NCBI GenBank assembly: GCA_043228905.1
Contig: JBHGNT010000007.1
Coordinates: forward strand, 21,514,001-21,578,000
DNA length: 64,000 bases
Direction of reading: 5' to 3'
From: Azolla caroliniana
Lineage: Eukaryota > Plantae > Polypodiophyta
Under the pieces are notes generated by a model, which was not told where the DNA came from, ran no database searches, and saw nothing but the letters and a program-made list of their open reading frames with translations. Positions 10,936-24,303 of this stretch are shown here, piece by piece (the stretch's first letter is position 1; the number at the start of each line of letters is the position of its first letter). The position numbers and the translations under genes were made by a program.

Positions 10936-13900
10936 TATTGAGAAGCAAGCTCAACAAAGGTATGCGATGCTTATTGAGAAATAAGCTATAGTAGCTATTA
11001 GCTAATTAGCTACTAGTGGACATAAAGGTGAAATAGCTATTTAGCTATGCACCACTATTTAGCTACTGACAGCTAAATAGCTACTGACATCTAATTAGCG
11101 GCATATATAAGTCACTTATAACTTAGGTAAAAAGTAAGTTATAAGAAGTAAGAGAGTAGTTGTAAGAACGGAAAAAAGAAAATTGACTAGAGCGAGTTGA
11201 GCTCTGCATGTAATGAAATAGAAGAAGCTTTTTGGTTTGCTACATAGAGGTAAGTCTCCTTCCCCTTCCTTTCTGTCTTGAGCACTAAACGATCCAACAC
11301 ATCACGATCCGTTGTGCACAAAGAAGAGCCAGAGCACCTTCGTAACATAGTATCAGAGCAGAGTTGCTCATAAAGAAGATCAGAATAGTACAGATCCGAG
11401 AAGTTTGGTTATGTTTGCTAATCTGAATCAGAGAGTTTCTTGTTGAAGTAATTGTAGCAAAAGCCCTAATTTGAAAGAGAAAATGGCTACAGAAAATGGA
11501 AGCCAAATAGTCACAGAAAAGTTGGATAAATTTTTTTTCCCGGCGTGGAAATTCAGAATGACAAATTTCCTAATGGGAAGAGGATATTGGGATTATATTG
11601 AAGGAGACCTAGAAGAGGCTCTAGAGATCCCAAAAGAAAATGCAACTACTACACAGATTAAAGCATTTAAGGAATGGAATCAAGGGGCAAGAAAGGTATT
11701 ACATTGGCTCTCACTTAGCATCTCAGATTCGATGCTTGGACACATACATGATGTTATCCTTCCAAAAGAAGCTTGGGACAATTTAGAAAAACTATTTGCA
11801 GTAAACACAAAGGCTAGAAAGCTTCAGTTGAAGACTGAGCTAAATACCTTGGAAAAAGGTAAGATGTCAGTGAATGAGTATGCTCTGAAAATAAAGAGCA
11901 TATGTGAATCACTTGCTTCTATCAATGTGAAGGTAGAAGATGATGATAAGGTGGAAATATGATTAAGAGGTTTAGGACCTCAATATAAAAGCTTCAAAAC
12001 ATCTATCCGCACAAGGGATAACATCCCAAGTTTTCCAGATCTGGTTTCAATGCTTGTAGTGGAAGAAATAAAATGGATGATGTAAACAAAGGAAACTCTG
12101 AGACTGAGGGGCAAGCCCTCTACAATAGTGTTGGAAGAGGCCGAGGAAGAGGCCATGGAAGATTTGGTTAAGCTAGAACCAACAACAATCAAGGAAGAGG
12201 ACAATAGGCTACAATTGGAAGAAACATTAGAGCCAGGGGGAGCAATCAAGGCAGAGGTAAGTAAACTTATTTGAATGATGATGGCTATTGGTATTGTAGA
12301 AAACCATGCCATACACAGGCTGAATGTTATAAAAAGCAAAATGATGAAAAAAGAGGGAAGAGATGGTAAAATAATTATGCCTCAACTAGTGAAGACTGTG
12401 ATAAAGATCGTGCATTTGTGGTGCAACATGAAACATCAGCAATGGTTGAATGTTCACAGAGATGCAATGAAGAGTTTATGTGGTATGTAGATTCTAGGGC
12501 ATCTAATCATATGACAGGACATGCAAACTGGTTTGAAAGTTTAAGGGAACCAGAGATTCCTGGTTATGTATAGATAGGTGATAACACCACCCATACAATC
12601 GAGCATGTTGGAGATATCCCATTGTGGGAAGAAAAAGGGAAAACAAAGTATATGTTGAATGTGATGCATGTTCCAAACCTTGCAAAAAATCTGATTTCTG
12701 TTGGACAGATAGTAGAGCAAGGAATGCAAGTTAAGTTTAATCAAAGTGGATGCTTTATAGAGAAACAGGGAAAGCTTATTGCAAAAGGAAAACGACAAGG
12801 AAGGATGTTTGTGTTAGATGTGGATATGCCTAAAAAGATTACATCCATGTTTGTAGAACGAATGAGTGTAATCTCAGATGTAAAAATGTGGCATAAAAGA
12901 ATCGGTCACATAAGTATGCAAACCTTGAAAAATATGTTGAGGAAAAATGCAGTGGCTGGATTGCCTAAGTTAAAAGACTGTGAGATGAGCAAAATATGTG
13001 AAACATGTCAATATGGAAAGCAAAACAGGTTGCCTTTCCCTCATGAAAGACATGTAAGCAAAAATTTGTTGGATTTGGTACATATAGATGTATGGGGACC
13101 AACAAAAAATGCATCAATTAGTGGATGTAAGTTTTATGTAACATTTATTGATGATTGCTCAAGGAAAACATGAGTTTACTTCATGAAAGAGAAAAGTGAA
13201 GTATTTGATTGCTTTCGTAAGTTTAAATGCATGGTAGAAAAGCAGGCTGGAACTAGAATAAAATGTTTAAGATCTGATGGAGGAGGGGAATACTTCTCAA
13301 ATGAATTTTCTGATTTTCTATGCAATCAAGGAATAAAGAGACAGTTTACATGTAGATATACTCCACAGCAAAATGGAGTTGCTGAGAGGAAAAATAGAAC
13401 TTTGGTGAACATAGCAAGAGCCATGATGACTGAAAAAAATATGCCATTGTATTACTGGGCAGAAGCTGTAAACACAGGAAACTTTATTCTAAATAGATGT
13501 ATAACATCTGGAGTACATGAAGTAACTCTTGAAGAATGTTTCTATGGAAGGAAACCTAGTTTAGGACACTTAAAAAGTGTTTGGATGCCTTGCCTATGTT
13601 CATGTACCTGCTGAACTAAGAAGTAAGCTTGATCCAAAAGCGGAAAAATGTGTTCTTGTTGGATATTCAGAGGAGCAAAAAGGGTATAGATGTTATAACC
13701 TAGTGACAAAAAAGATTGTGGTAATCTGTGATGTAATATTTGATGAGTTGGGCAGCTGGTACAACCCAAAAGAGAATGTAGAAACTCATGAAGACTGTGA
13801 AAATGAAGACAGAGAAAAATCTGAAAATGGAAGAGATTGCCATGGAGATGGAAACAATGTTGGACAAAAAAGTTCCACATCAATGGAATGTACTGGACCA

Positions 13901-16231
13901 TTTGGAAGCTAAGGTAGTAAATCTGAATCTAATGCATGGAGTGGAAAAAATGCAAGACACAAAAAATATGATGATGAAAAGGGAAAACAGAAGATGGCAG
14001 AATATGAAATGCTTGATGATGGGTCTAGAAACATGGAAGATGTAGATTCAGATACATCATTGGATGATGAGCTTGGTATAGGAGCATTAAAAATCCCTGG
14101 TATGGAAAAGGCAATGAAAGATGCAAATTAGAAATTGAGAAGATTAGACAGAGAAAAAAAGACCGTCGAAAGATTTGGTTATGACACATATATGGCTATG
14201 CATTATGCATACATGTCTAAAGTGGTACAAATCCCTGATCCAAATAGTTTTGATGAAGCAAAATCTGATAAGAAATGGGTGAATGCAATGCAAGAAGAAA
14301 TAGATGCATTGGCTGAAAACAGAAAATGGTATTTGGTGAAGTTACCGAAAAAAAAAAATGGTGTAGGTTGCAAATGCGTCTACAAAACAAAGCATGATTC
14401 AAATGGAAATGTTAGTAGACATAAAGCAAGACTTGTGGCAAAGGGATATGCCCAGATGCAAGGAATTGACTATGATGAAACATTTGCACCGGTTGTAAAG
14501 ATGGCAACATTGAGGACACTACTTGCTGTGAGTGCAACCAAAAGATGGGTGTTGCACCATATGGATGTAAAAAATGCTTTTTTACATGGTAACTTAGAAG
14601 AAGAAGTCTATATGTGTCAACCACCATGTTTTGAAGATAAGAAGCATCCAGAATATGTATGTAGGCTGAAAAAGCCTCTCTATGGATTGAAATAAGCACC
14701 AAGGGCATGGCATAAAGAACTTTCAAAATATCTAAAAAAATTTGCTTTCAAAATGTCAAAGGTTGATCCATCATTGTACGTAAAAAGGATAAATGATTGC
14801 ATTGCTGTTATTTTGATTTATGTTGATGATTTAATCATTGGAGGTGATTCCATGGATGAAATAAGCAAGCTGAAAAAAAATCTTGAAATGCAATTTCAGA
14901 TGAAGGATTTGGGAGAGATGAGATACTTTCTTGGCATTGAGATGATCAGATTTGAAAGTGGTATATATATGTTGCAAAAATAGTATGCAACAACTATGTT
15001 GAAGAAGTATGGTATGCTTGGATGCAAACCTATTGGTGTACCACTAGATAAGAACTGCAAATTGAGGGTTGATTTGGGAGCCAAAATAGAAGATGTAAAC
15101 ATGTACAGGTCTATGGTGGGCAGCCTCATATATTTTACTATAACAAGACTTGAATTGAGTAACTTGTTGGATTAGTCACCCAGTTTATGCAACAGCCAAC
15201 AAAGCCACACTTGGACTGCATTAGAAGAATCTTGAGGTATGTAAAAGCTACTCAGAACTATGGACTATTTTACAGGGTTGATTTGGACATAAAGCTGGAA
15301 GGATATACAGATGTTGATTGGGCTGGAAACCAAACTAACAGAAGATCCACAAGTGGATATATGTTTACATCGGGAAGTGTAGCCATTTCATGGAGTAGCA
15401 AGAAACAAGCTATTGTTGCATTATCAAGTACTGAAGCTGAATATAGAGGAGCTGCAATAGCTACTTGTGAAGAGGTATGGATCAGAAGATTGCTTTCTGA
15501 TTTGGGAGAGTATATAGATGGTGTAGTCACAATTTGGTGTGACAATATGAGCAGCATTTAGCTGGCAAAAAATCTAGTGTTCCATGCAAGAACAAAGCAA
15601 ATTGAAGTGCATTATCTCTTTGTTAGAGAAAAAGTGATTGATGGAGAAGTGGATCTATTGTATGTAAGTACAAATCAGCAAGTGGTTGATATTCTTACGA
15701 AGGGATTGAGGATAGAAAAACATACACAGTTCAGAGACATAATGGGAGTTATAGCCATCACCATGGTAGCTGAAAAGCATGAAGAAAAAAAGATTGAAGA
15801 TGATCCCAAGAAAGGATAAGTTGAGCTTCAGGGGGAGTGTTGAGAAGCAAGCTCAACAAAGGTATGTGATGCTTATTGAGAAATAAGCTATAGTAGCTAT
15901 TAGCTAATTAGCTACTAGTGGACATAAAGGTGAAACAACTATTTAGCTATGCACAACTATTTAGCTACTGACAGCTAATTAGCGGCATATATAAGTCACT
16001 TATAACTTAGGTAAAAAGTAAGTTGTAAGAAGTAAGAGAGTAGTTGTAAGAACGGAAAAAAGAAAATTGACTAGAGCGAGTTGAGCTCTGCATGTAATGA
16101 AATAGAAGAAGCTTTTTGGTTTGCTACATAGAGGTAAGTCTCCTTCCCCTTCCTTTCTGTCTTGAGCACTAAACGATCCAGCACATCACGATCCGTTGTG
16201 CCCAAAGAAGAGACAGAGCGCCTTCGTAACA
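10936..16231 (+). mobile_element. Ty1/Copia LTR retrotransposon, full-length but decayed
   Basis: 5' LTR 10936-11347 (TA..CA, initial TG mutated). 3' LTR 15838-16231; the two differ by an 18-bp repeat indel. TSD TAACC at 10931-10935 and 16232-16236. PBS TAGTATCAGAGC (iMet-type) at 11348-11359. PPT AGGGGGAG before 15838. Confidence 0.95.
11484..15819 (+). pseudogene. Copia gag-pol (gag, protease, integrase, RT, RNase H), broken by many stops and frameshifts
   Basis: Fragments include gag UBN2-like (KARKLQLKTEL), WHKRIGH, LVHIDVWGP, RSDGGGEY, PQQNGVAERKNR, KARLVAKGY, MDVKNAFLHG, IYVDDLII, WSSKKQ..VALSSTEAEY and HARTKQIEV. Confidence 0.92.
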
Positions 16232-17179
16232 TAACCAAAATTTAGCTATGTTTGTAGTTTTGAAAAAAAAGGTAAAAAAAAATCTTTTGAATTTTCTATC
16301 TTACCCAACTCTTTTCCCTCTTCTATAGCGGTCACCACTTACCTGTGTGTCAAAATTTCCATGTTCTACTCATTGCTGATTGCTTCCCAATTGCTTGTGT
16401 GTCGATTCAAAACTCAACAATTTTGTGTCAAGCTTCAAAGTTCAGAGTGTAGAGTCCAAACTTGATTGTGGAATCAGGCGAAATCAAGAAGTGACTAATT
16501 AAACCCTAAATCCTTGTCCATAGCATGGCAAATGTAGATTGTGTCAATAGATTGTGTCAACAATATTGTTTAGTACCTCATTGAAGAGTACGAATATAAA
16601 AAACAGAAGCAACCACACAAAAAATGTAATGTAGTATGCAACTCTACTTGAATCTGTTGATGCCCTCAATATGGCACACAACTAGTAAAAATATGTTTCT
16701 CACTTTGATCTTGTCAGATGAACTCCAACAAGCTATAGGTTTTTTCTGAGTGTTAAGCTTGCCACATCTCTAGAATCGTAATAACAAGAATAGTAGGTAG
16801 TGCTAGTAGCATTCGTGTATGCATTATGTTGGAGATATTAGTAATGATGACATTTTTTCCTTAAGAACGATCACTAAGTAGCGCGATGTAAATAGGTCTT
16901 AATTGCCATATTGTTGTCAGGACTAGCTAGGTGTGATCTCCACAAATGACATGTTCTCTCTTTTTCAAATTTCTATATATATATATACATGACATTTTCA
17001 ATAAGTTGCAATGAATAGTGTGTTTAAACTTATAATATTATTATCAATAGCTGAGAGCTAGGATCCATGTCGAAGCATGGGTCCTTGATCAATATTCTAG
17101 TCCCAATTCCTGATTTTTAATCATATGCCAGTCCTAGAAGGCAAACCCCTCCCTCCATATACTATCGTTAAATCCCTAG

Positions 17180-20100
17180 TAAATGGAAACTAATTTGGAT
17201 TTCTCAAGCAGTTGCAATTTGTGTTCAAGAACATAAACAAGTTGAATTAAGGGGTCAAATTGGTTCATTTGGAGGTTTCAACATCTTCTATGCAGGTCAA
17301 GGTACAACATCTGGAGTGCTTATGATTATAAAACATGAGTTGAATCCTATGGTTGTCTATAATGATCAACGTGGGAGGTGGATGGTTGTGCAATGCATGA
17401 TAAATGGCGAGACATATGATTTTGTAAGGGACAGAGCTTTACTTTGGCAAGACATTTGTGCTTATCCATGGCCACAAAATGCATTTATATGTGGAGATTT
17501 CAACAAATCACCAAATGCAGGTGATAACACTAGTGGGCACTCACATATGTTGAGAGAGGAACAAGGTCAGTGGTACAATATGCAAAGCTCATTGGATTGG
17601 GTTGATTTATGGAAAATGACGCACCCACATATTCCTGGTTTTACCTTTCATCACACCACCCACTCCTCATATTATGCAAGGCTTGATAGATGGTATTTGT
17701 TGCATGCTAGTCAGTATGAAAATTTCACATGTACAATGCATATAGAACATGCTTTACAGTTGTCAGATCATGCTCATGTCTGGCTAGACCTTCATTTTGG
17801 GACTCATTCCTATGAAGTGCATCTCTAAAGGAAGAGACTTATGCTCATTAATAACAGCTACCTCAAGCACGAGCTCTTCAAGAGGATGGTCTATGACATA
17901 ATACATTCTCTTTATGTAGAAGTCAACATAGATGTTGATATAGTGTCGGTACATTTTGTACATAGATTACAAACAATAATACAAGTCTAGTATGGGAAGT
18001 GGTATGTCTCAAGACAGAGAGATTGCACTCAACAAGCCAAATTTACTTGTCAAGTTGTAACGGAGTTAGCACATAGAAGATCTTTGACTTTACATGAAGA
18101 GGATGCATTGTGTATGGCCAAACACACATTGATGCTATGGGACAAAAATAAATTGGAAAAATGGCAAGTTAGGTCAAGACAGTTTCCATTGAAAGACAAA
18201 GGATGCTAGACTTCTAAATCCTTCTTCAAAAGGTTTCATCTAATACGCTAAAAGGAATCCATTAAATTCATCAAAACTAGTGATGGTTTGTGGACTACAA
18301 ATCGACTTGAACTAGCAAAGGAATGTGTAAGTCACTTCTCTCACATCTTTGAGAACAATGTAGTTGTTACAGATGCAGTTAAACATGCCATAGATACATT
18401 CTTGTCACTAGTTCAATCCAATATTTGTGTTGATAAAGTTATTGCTTTGGATGCAACATTCACAATGGAGGAGCTTTTGGAGGATCCGAAGGGCCTCGGG
18501 AAAGGCAAAGCACCTGGTTAGGATGGTGTTACATTAGAGTTCATTGCAGAATTTTGGAATGTCCTTAAGGATTTAATCCTATCTATGGCAAATAATGCTT
18601 GGCAACAATGGGATATGCCCATCTCATGGAAAGAAGTTTTGATCAAATTAATACCCAAAAAGAAACTGTGTGAATCTTTTTTGGATTGGCGACCAATCAC
18701 TCTCATGCAAGTAATCTATAAACTTATTGCAAAGATAATTGTTAATCGTAGTAAGGACACTTTGTTGAGAGGCATCCACGTAAACCAGTACGGGTTCATT
18801 ACCCGAAGGCAAATTATAGATAATATTGTTAATGCCTATATTGGAATGGAGTATGCCAAAATACACCAAACAATATGTATTTCTCATGCAAATTCACATT
18901 GAAAAGGCCTTTGACACCATCCAATGGGATTTTGTGGCAGCCACAATTGTCAAAAGAGGGTTTGGTCCAAAAATGTCTCAAGTAATCTATTGGCTTTATA
19001 GGTCTAGCACATCTTCATGCATTATTGAGGGTGAATTGACAGATTCATGGAGCTTAGCCAAATCAGTATGACAAGGTCGTCGTGTAAGTGCATTGTTGTA
19101 TGCAATCGCAAATCATCCACTACTATTGTACATGGATCATCTAGTATCAATTGGTCAACTTCACGGTTTGCAAATGAAAGATAAACATGATTTCGTGGCT
19201 CAGGCATATGTAGATGATACATCATTCCTGTCACAGAACAATCCAAATGATATGAGGGTGATTATGGATGCCCTCAAATTGTATCGATTAGTTGTTGGAT
19301 TGCATGTTAATTTCAACAAGTCCAAACTCATACCCTTGACACCATATAGTTGGCATCAACTTCTATGGCCAAGTCAAGTTGTTAGCCCAAATGAAATGGT
19401 TAGACATCTTGGCCATCCATTGGGATGGAATGCAACAGGGAAAAGAAAGGCTAAATGGGTTCTGCAAAAAGTGAGACAAAAGTTGAGCTATTGGAAGATT
19501 GCAATATGGCCGCTCCATGTCAGATTGAGGATACTGCAGTCTATATTAATGGCTTACATGCAGTATTACTTAATTATGATTGATTGGCCGAAACACATAC
19601 TACAAAAGATTAACTCAGAAATCATAAGAAACTTTTGGTGCTCTAAGCAGTCACATAGAGGTATACGACTCATATCATTAGAGAAGATATGCACTCCACG
19701 ATTGAGTGGAGGGCTAAATATTCTTAATTTGCAGTGTCATATGTTGGCTAGAAAAGCTACTTTACTACCAAAATTTGTTGAAAAAACATTGCCTTGGGCA
19801 AGAATGTTATCTGATATGTTTGATCATTTGAAAACCAAGTCATTTGGTTCATGGGATACTAACCATTGGGATATGGTGTTTGGAATGCTTGACAAGCACA
19901 TCAAAGGTTGTCCGTTTAGCTCAAAGCTTCTAAAGCATTGGAAGGAAGTATTGCACCACATAAAATGCAACGCTAGGAATTCAGAATTAGGGAATTCTTT
20001 ACGCCTCGAAAGCTTTCATTGGTCACTAGCTGAACAAGAGCCTAGGAAAGCTTATCTTTTAGCAAAGAAGGGGCTGAAATCAATTGTAGATGTGGTAAAT

Positions 20101-20194
20101 GACCAAGGTCACTTATTGCACTTCAATGACATGACATGTCGTCATAGTCGTAGGCCACATCATTGCGTTATCTGGAATCAAGTCATAGAGTTGG
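17180..20194 (+). mobile_element. L1-clade LINE ORF2 relic (AP endonuclease + RT), 3' end cut by a Gypsy LTR
   Basis: Endonuclease motifs CVQEH, GDFN, RLDRWY and SDH. RT motifs KAPG*DG, WRPITL, QYGF, EKAFD, AYVDD and GLHVNFNKS, then ICTPRLSGGLNI. Stops and frameshifts are present. Confidence 0.88.
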
Positions 20195-23045
20195 TGTCAT
20201 AGTTAGAAAATATGCACAAGAGAGTATAAGATAATCAAAGGGATGAGTTGATTAATTGAAAGACTCTGTAACTGGTGTTGTTCACCTTGATTGTAATCTA
20301 GGTGAACACAGATATTTATACAAGTTTTGAGATTCAATATCTCTAGAATATACCTAAGAAATATCTCTAGAATATACCCTGGAAATATCTCTAGAATATA
20401 CCCGTCTAGAATATACCATAGAATATTTCTAGAATATTCTAAAGAGTAGAATATTCTGAACGTACTATATGCTATACTATACAATAGTAAACCATATATA
20501 ATTTATATGTAACTTAAGGGTTTCCAAATGGTTTATCTAATACTAAGTATTGGGTGTGTTATAGGTCAGAGGTTCGAGTCTAGATGTGACATTATCCCCC
20601 TTTCTACGCCGCTTTCCCAAACCGGTTCCCGGTTTGTGAGGATAGCGAAGATGAAAATCTTGAACCACCTTCAAGGGATTTTGTAAAATCTTTGGTGGTT
20701 CCCACGTGGCATCAGACAGGGGGTAACCCTTCCACAATACGATGTATTGCAGGTGTCGACGGTGCAAATGTGAATCAAGTATTTGGTTGACCTCGTATTC
20801 CTCCCCTATCGTCAAATCCACAAGTGGGGGTGGGGGTGGGGGTTGGGGGGGCCCTGGGAGTTGCGAAGCATAATGGGATTCGAATGAAAAACATCATGAA
20901 TCCGGAAGTGGGATGAAAGGGGCAGCCGGAAGGCGACCGGCTGACAGGATTGATGCGCTCAACTATACGGAATGATCCCAACGTCTTGTAATCAAGTTTC
21001 GCACATGGACGGGTAGTAGAGATGTTCCGTCGTAACAACCAGACCATGTCGCCGAAGACAAAGGGTGGAGTGACAGAGTGATGGCGATCAACGTGCTCAT
21101 TGTATCGTTCGCCAACGAGACTAAGCTCTAAGGATAAATCATGATGTAGCTCTTCTAAACCGCGAGCTCAACCCTCCGCCGAAGGGTTCACATAAGTGAT
21201 AGGGAGGGAAATGTTGAACCAAGGATATAAACCATAGTTTTCAAAGAAGGGAGTTACGCCAGCGATGCATGGAGAGAATTATTGTAGGCAAATTCTGCTA
21301 GTGAAAGTAAGTTGACCCAATCATCTTGCTGGTAACTAACCGAGCACTGAAGATACAGCTCAAGGATTTGGTTGACACGCTCTTTCTGACCATCAGTTTG
21401 GGGGTGATGAGCAGAGGACAACTTGACAGAGATTCCTAAAGTGTGCAACAAGCGCTACCAGAAGTGAGAGACAAACTGGGGTCCACGATCGGAGATGACA
21501 TCGTCGGGGATTCCATGCAAACGAACCACATTGTTGAGGAGTAGATGCGCCATTCCTTGTCTAGAAATGGTTTTTGAGCATGGAGTGAAGTGAGCCATCT
21601 TTGTAAACCGATCAACAATGACCAACACCGAGTCATAGCTATTGACCAAGGGCAGATCGGTGATCAGGTCCATAGAGATAGAGGCCCAGGGACGACTAGG
21701 GCATGGAAGTAACTGGAGTAAACCGTATGGCCGATGATGAACAACTTTGGAGCGAGCACAAACCTCACAAGTCTTGATGTATTCTTTGACCAACTTCCAT
21801 GGTTGCTGCAAAGTCAAAGGCATCAGTTTCCACTTTGAAGGGTCTTGTGAGGTCGGCATGTAGAAGCACGGGGGCAGTGATGAATGCGTGTTTGAGTGAG
21901 TCGAACGCATTTTGTGCCGCTGAGGTCCATAAAAAGGCAATACCTTTGTGGGTGAGGGTGATAAGAGGTTGGGCTAGGGTGGAAAACCCCTTCATGAAGC
22001 GACGTTAAAAATTGGCGAAGCCAAGGAAGGATTGCAGATCTTTAAGTCAACTTGGGGTCGCCTGATCCCGAATGACTAAGACCTTCTTCATATCCATTGT
22101 GATGCCAGTGGGCGAGATTATGTAGCCCAGGAATTCAATCGAGGTACAGTCGAACTCGCATTTCTCACTTTTGGCATAAAGGTCGTGCTCTCGATGTTTA
22201 GCAAGAACTAATCGGACTTGGCGGGTGTACTCCGCCATGTTTGGCGAAAAAATGAGAATATCATCAAGGCAGATGACCACAAAATGATCGAGATATTCTT
22301 TGAGTATATCATTCATCATATGTTGAAAATAGTTGGGATGTTAGTAAGGCTGAAAGGCATTAACTTGTATTCGAAATGCCCATACCTCGTTCGGATTGGG
22401 CTTTTCCATTCATCATCGGGCTTGATGTGCACCAGATTGTATGCGCCATGCTGATCAACTTTGGAGAAGACATGCACAGCGCGGAGCCGGTCGAGGAGTT
22501 CGGGAATCAGAGGGAGCGGATAGTGGTTGCACACAGTGAGTTTGTTGAGACCCCGGTAGTCTACACATAAGCGTAAAGAGTCGTCCTTCTTCTTCATGAA
22601 TAATATGGGGGGCCAAGTCGGCGACTTAGAAGGTTGAATAAATCCTTTCGCAAGGTTCTCATCGAGATACACTCGAAGGGCCTTCAGCTCTGGTGCAGAC
22701 ATCACATATAGAGGACCAAAGGGTGGACACATGCCTTCTTGAAGATCAATCAGACAGTCGTAGAGCTGGTGTTTGGGCAAACGATCTACATTACGTTTCT
22801 TAAATACATTGGCGAAGTCTTGATACTTATGGGGAATAATGTGGAGTGTTTTAGAAGTAGCTCAACAAACGGCGAGCGGATGATGAACTAAGGGGCAAAC
22901 GGCCCCATCCTAGACCGAGGGTGGGATGGTTGAGTCGAAATCGGCCTTGTCTTTTCTAGAGGATGTGAAACTGAATTGACCTTCATAGTTGTGCATGAGC
23001 ATCCTGGCTCACTAAATGTGATCAAGCGATTGCACCAATCCACTA
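20195..23045 (-). mobile_element. 5'-truncated Ty3/Gypsy chromovirus relic (RT, partial RH, integrase, chromodomain, 3' LTR)
   Basis: 3' LTR 20195-20591 (TGTCA...TGACA). PPT AGAAAGGGGGATAA abuts 20592. Chromodomain EYEVNQILDSH...YIVLWKGYPLSDATWEP. Integrase HPQTDGQKERVNQ. RT LRLCVDYRGLN and VICLDDILIFS. No 5' LTR was found. Confidence 0.88.
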
Positions 23046-23291
23046 ATATGCTCATTTTTCTTCCACTAGGATGTCTAGCACATTTGTTCTTTTTATGATT
23101 TGAAGTAAATTCAAGGCCAAGTTATTTGAAGCTTTCCACAATTTTAAGTGCTCATTATTGTATAATGCATGGTCTATCATTATTTTGTCTCTTCACAAAC
23201 ATAATGTTTGTTTTAGACCTATTGGCACTCAACTTTGTATGCATGCAAAACTCTTCCAATGCCCTCCTAGGCTTTTGTACATCTCCTAAAG

Positions 23292-24303
23292 TAGGAATAA
23301 GCAACGGTTGGGATTTGGCTTAACCACTTTGGCCTTATCCAAACCAAATTGTTGTGCACCGGAATCGTAACCAACGGACAGAAGCACAGAAATATTATAA
23401 TATAGTAAAGCGTTAAGAAGCAAATGTAACGGTTCACGCATGAACGGCTGAACGCCTTGTGTATATAAAGGGCAAAAATCATTTGTAAGAGGTAGCATGT
23501 AAATTGGAGTGCATGACGTTTTTCTAATAGAATACTATCTTCTCTGATCTCTGTGCATATCTGTGGCTATTTGTGTGGCCGTCCATTGTTTCTTTGTTGC
23601 ATACTGTTTAATTGTAAGTGTGGGTAAGTGTAAGTACGTATACTAGTGCACTTCCTAAGGAGTTCGGTTGTAGCCGTCTCCCCTTATATGCTACTAGGAT
23701 ACGAGGTGGTATCCCATTACGATTTACGATAGGACAGTTCCACTCCTTGTAACACAGTCACCTTTGAGGTCTGTGGCTATCTGTGGTCGTCCATTGTTTC
23801 TCTGTTGCGTACTGTTTAATCGTAAGTGTGGGTAAGCGTAAGTACGTATACTAGTGCACTTCCTAAGGAGTTCAGTTGTAGTCGTCTCCCCTTATACGCT
23901 ACTAGGATACGAGGTGGTATCCCATTACGATTTACGATAGGACGGTTCCATTCCTTGTAACACGGTCACCTTGAGGTCTACCTCGAAGGAATGAGCATAG
24001 ACAGTGTTCCTAATTGGTAACACAAATCGATTTGGGAGTTTCCAAACCTGAACCAAACCGGTTTAGGCTAATCGGTTAACCCTAAATAGGTTTAAGAACC
24101 GATTTAGCCAAGCCGATTAAGCCTTAACCGGCTTAGTAACTGATTTGGCCCAATTCGGTTTGGTTCGGTTTAAGCCATCTTAAACCGAGCTCAAACCGGT
24201 CAAGGAAGCACAAGCCTAAACTGAACCAAACCAAACCGCCGAACTGTTTAAAAACTATTCGATGGGTCGGTTTAGGCTTGAGCCAAGCCGTTGCCAATTC
24301 TTA
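23292..24303. mobile_element. hAT-like MITE, copy 2, with 8-bp TSD
   Basis: TIRs TAGGAATAAGCAACGG...CCGTTGCCAATTCTTA. Perfect 8-bp TSD TCCTAAAG at 23284-23291 and 24304-24311. An 8-bp TSD is typical of the hAT superfamily. Confidence 0.85.
23350..24022. mobile_element. Solo LTR (673 bp) nested in the MITE, with an internal ~210-bp tandem duplication
   Basis: TGTTG...GTAACA termini. 5-bp TSD CAAAT at 23345-23349 and 24023-24027. Duplicated blocks start at ~23561 and ~23771. Confidence 0.85.
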
